Of a DNA stretch of 64,000 nt, positions 60,421-64,000 are shown piece after piece. Every line of letters begins with the position of its first letter. Positions within the stretch are counted from its first letter, which is position 1. This DNA is from Penicillus capitatus. Lineage: Eukaryota; Plantae; Chlorophyta. Both the position numbers and the translations under genes were made by a program. The stretch spans positions 231,201 to 295,200 of the forward strand of contig OZ287711.1 of the NCBI GenBank assembly GCA_965649825.1. The letters are read 5' to 3'. The notes beneath the pieces were generated by a model, which searched no databases, was not told the DNA's origin, and was given only the letters and a program-made list of their open reading frames with translations.

Positions 60421-63400
60421 TTCAGGTTCTTGAGAATGACAATCGCTTCCCTGCGCTTGACTCCGAGAAATGAAGGATCTGAGGTGATCCCGATGAGTCA
60501 GGAAGGGCTTCTTGCGTGAGTTAGAAGTGAGGTAGTACAATTGGGAAGAATATCGTTTGTGAATGCGGTAGGGCCCTAGCCATTGGGGGGCCAACTTGTT
60601 GCCATGTGTCTGGTGAAGTTGATGATCGAAAAGCAGCACCAGCTGACCGGGTTCGAAGAGATCGTCTTTGTGGGGCCTGGCAGCGCGCAGTCGGTGCTGA
60701 TGAGTCATGTGGGCATCGATGGCAGTCCAGCGGAGTGCCAGGGTATCGCGGTGCGGTATGGGAGGGGGATCAGTGGGGGTGTTCGGCAGAGGGGAGGTGG
60801 GTGGGGCGGAATGTAGGCGTGGTTGGTAACCGAAGGCGGTTTGAGCGGCGCTGAGATGAGTGACCGCATTGGGATGAGCGTTCAGTAATGCTTGGACTTC
60901 GGGTATAAACTTGGCCCACTTCCCTTGTGTGGGAAGGCGTTGGAGGCGGCGGATGACCTCCTGGTTGAGGCGTTCCACTGTGCCGTTGCATTGTGGGCGA
61001 TATGCAGGGATACTGCGGCGCTTGATACTGCGCTCTGACATCCAGGCGGAGAGCTGATTCCCGACAAAAGCAGGCGCGTTATCTGTCTGTAGGCTGTCAG
61101 GGTTGCCAAATAGGGATACCCAGCGTTCCAGGAGTCTGATAATGGTGCCAGCTGTGGCGGCGGATGTCGCAGAGAGAAGGCAGAACCGGGTACAAAGGTC
61201 GACCGCAGCAATAATATACTTGTATGTGCCGTCCGCCTTGAGGGGTCCGATCACATCTAGCCCAACGCATTGATTGAGTTGCTGCCAAGTGTTAAAGGAC
61301 GGAGCAACTGGGGCGTCATGACGGGCAAACTTTTGGCAATGCGGGCAGCTTTTTACCCAGTGCTTGACACGTGCGGGTGCGTCGGGAAAATAAACTAATT
61401 GCTGGAGCTTCTGCGCGGTCGTGTGGATGCCGTAGTGGCCACTTTGTTCGTGTGCCCGGTGGAGCCACTGGTCCACTTCTCTTCGTTTCCCTGTCAAATA
61501 ATGCATACCCGAAGCCGTCTCTGCTTGCGTCGACGTAGAGATCCACGGTATGCCCGGATGACTCCGGTCGGTTGTACCAAACATGTTGTACCGAGTGAAT
61601 GATGGCGTTCCATCTGGAGGGTTCTTCTTTCCAGTAGCGCTGTATGCTTGCCGGGTCCGCTTGCGATAATTTTTGCAAAGCTGCCAAGCTGCGGACGTCG
61701 CTTCGGCAGTAGCTGAGTATCGTACGAAAAAGCCCGAGAAAGGAGCGTACTTCCGTCTTGTTCTGAGGTGGAGACGCCGCCAGTAGTTGCTGCATGGTAC
61801 TCTTAGGTGGCAGTACTCCTTTTTGGGTGAAGCGATACCCAAGGAATTCAATCTCTGGGTCCCCGTATCTACATTTTTTTGGGGATGCTGTCCATCCATT
61901 TCTTCGGTATGCCAACATCAGCTCTACGACTGCCGCTTCCAGATCTTCATTTGTCGTTGCTCCAACACAAACGTCATCGGCATAGCTTTCGACTGCCGCT
62001 CTGATCCCTCGTTCCTTCAATCGATCTCGTACTTCCGCAATTGTCGTTTGTACGGCCAGATCAAAGAAGGCCATGGAGTTTATCCATCCCATGGGCAGCC
62101 GTGTAAATGCGTACGGCCTCTTGTCAAATACCGTGACGAAATAGGACTGTAGCTCTTCTGTCAACGGGATTTGGTAAAACCCATGCCTGAAATCAAATTT
62201 TGCAAATGTAGACATTCCTGACAAGCCTTGGATTGCTCCTTCCCGATGCATCGGTAGAGCAGGTCTTCGCGTGGTGAGGGTGTTCAGTCCCCTGAAATCA
62301 AGTACTACCCGCCTCTCGAGCGAGTCCTTCTTTGCCACCGAGAACCAAGGTATCACGTGCTTCGGCTTCCCGTGGAATCTTCTTATAATTCCCGCTTCGA
62401 TCAGCTGGTCGATTTCCTTCCTACATGAGGCTGTCTCCGCAGAGAATGCGTAGGGGACCTTGGTCGAAACGGAGTGGATCTGCCCTTGTACGTCTGCCAT
62501 GCCGACTTCCCATCCCAAGAAGCGCCCAATTCCTTCACGGATGACGTCTGGGAATGTCGCCAGCATCTCTTCCATACTCCGGCAGTCAGTTTTCCGATTT
62601 CTCGACAGTAGGCCTGACTGCTGGTCTACTGCCGCTTGGGAAAAGATTGCTTGTTCCCACGCAGCTGTCTCTGCTGCCCGTTACAGTCTCGTATCGTCAG
62701 AGTGTCTCCGGCGCGTGTTGGGATCTCAAAAATGGTCGTCTTTCCGGTGATACGGACGGGTTCCTTCCGGTGGTTGGTCAGGGTGAGGGTAGAAAAAGTC
62801 TCGTATTGTACCCCTAAGTGCACAGAAAAATGGGGTGCAACAACCGGTGTCCGCTGGTGCACCATCCCCCTTGGAATGACAATCGGTGTCTTCACCATGC
62901 GGCTTTCATTCGGCCCCAGGACTATGGACCGGTTCAACGGCACTTGGATCCTGTCTCCCTTTACTGTTGGGAGGTGATCCACTCGTTCCGTAAGTCTTCC
63001 CACGTCTTCTTGTTTGGCCACCTCGTTCTTCGCTTCCCTCTCCATCTTGGGTCCCGCGAAAAGGCACTTGATCTGTCGTCCGTTGATGCTAACGGAGCGG
63101 TTGTGTGGATGTGCCGAAATCTGGTTCTTGGTCATTGCGTCTATGCCCAGCAGCAAATCATATCCCGGGTTGGGTAAGACCAGGCAGTCCAAGGTAAATG
63201 TTGGATGAGTCGCCTTCTCGATCGATACCTCCACATGGCACTCCCCCGTGACTTGAGCTGTCTTCCCATGTGCTAGGAGCAGCTTCGTCTTGTTCGGCAG
63301 GATCTTCGCTCCCAGTTCTCTGGCCAGTGCGAGAGACATGATTGAAGATTCGGCACCCGTATCAACCAGAGCGTCGATGCGTCGCGGGTATCCCAGGTGG

Positions 63401-64000
63401 CTCTGTGAGACCAAACCTAGCTTCATAACCCTCTTTTGCTCTTTCTTCCTGCTTTCCGTCTGCGCCGCATAAGTCCTTGTCATTTCCCGCTCCGCGTCTT
63501 CCTCTCCTCCTTCGCTCAGCGTTTCACAAATCGGTTCTCCGCTTCCTTCTGGCATGTCATCGTCAGCAGCCATGTAAGCCCGTCTTCCGCCCCATCTTCT
63601 TTGTTGGTTCATAGGTCTTCTTTGACCTGCTGGCTGTTCTTGCCCATTACAGATCCTCTGGAGGAATCTTAACATATTCTGCGCTTCTCGTCTGGAAGTC
63701 TTGCAGATTTCCCGCGCGCCGACCATAACTCTTCCTGCGTTCGTTATGGCGGAGAAGTTGATCGCTCCATCTCGCCCTATGACCCGGCCATCTGTCGCGA
63801 CATTTGCTTGTACTACTCCTAGGTCAATGTCCATCGCGTCTTCATCGACCTCGATTTTGGCCTGGGCGCCAGATTCCCAGAAGCTTACGTTCCGTATGAG
63901 CCCTCTAATATCTGCGGGCATTGTCGTTGGCGGAAGGTGCATCACAAGCCTCTTCAGGTGTGGGGGCAGCTTCTTGTATAACGTCTTGACCTGCGTTTCA
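60385..64000 (-). mobile_element. Ty3/Gypsy LTR retrotransposon, defective: gag end, protease, dUTPase-like domain, RT, truncated RNase H, integrase (5' part outside the window)
   Basis: Protease ALVDTGA; RT LDFRGLN, KFDFRHGFYQI, RLPMG and YADD; RNase H start LYVDAS; integrase H..GH...C..C, GLDVIGP, QTDNAPAF and VERLNQ. The RT-RH-IN order is Gypsy-type. Frame breaks lie near 62650 and 61480. Confidence 0.93.

Noticed and set aside
62620-62690. Programmed -1 frameshift between the protease/dUTPase and RT frames
   Set aside because: No canonical X XXY YYZ heptamer in the overlap; more likely a mutational indel in a defective copy, though this is not excluded.

Overview
Eukaryotic nuclear DNA with the standard genetic code and very short GT-AG introns (about 37-65 nt). 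The source is most likely a compact-genome green alga (Chlorophyta), judged from plastid-type transit peptides on TPI and CarA, a plant-type organellar ProRS, an algal-type SnRK2 kinase and a Ser-Pro cell-wall glycoprotein; the species cannot be determined. About 1-22.4 kb is a densely packed block of mostly housekeeping genes: a PAN/Ser-Pro/Gly-rich wall protein, EngB, Sec6, a DENN protein, an exonuclease-like Zn-finger protein, ProRS, Abraxas, TPI, RRP36 and CarA. Some genes there are only 5-41 nt apart. About 22.4-64 kb is an accessory, duplication-rich block. It holds four paralogues of an unusual intronless GTPase-fold protein (GRTRVGKG P-loop, putative long beta-hairpin stalk, hypervariable hydrophobic tip), three F-box-like/LRR paralogues, an NLR-like NACHT-HEAT gene, a very large beta-helix-repeat multi-pass receptor, SnRK2, a CarA pseudogene and a damaged Ty3/Gypsy element with a dUTPase-like domain. 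Main hypothesis: the F-box-LRR and GTPase genes form head-to-head pairs. The two GTPases with an LRR partner are intact, and the two without one have lost the G domain or are disrupted, which suggests a toxin-antidote or guard-executor module. Exon boundaries were inferred by eye and no database searches were run.
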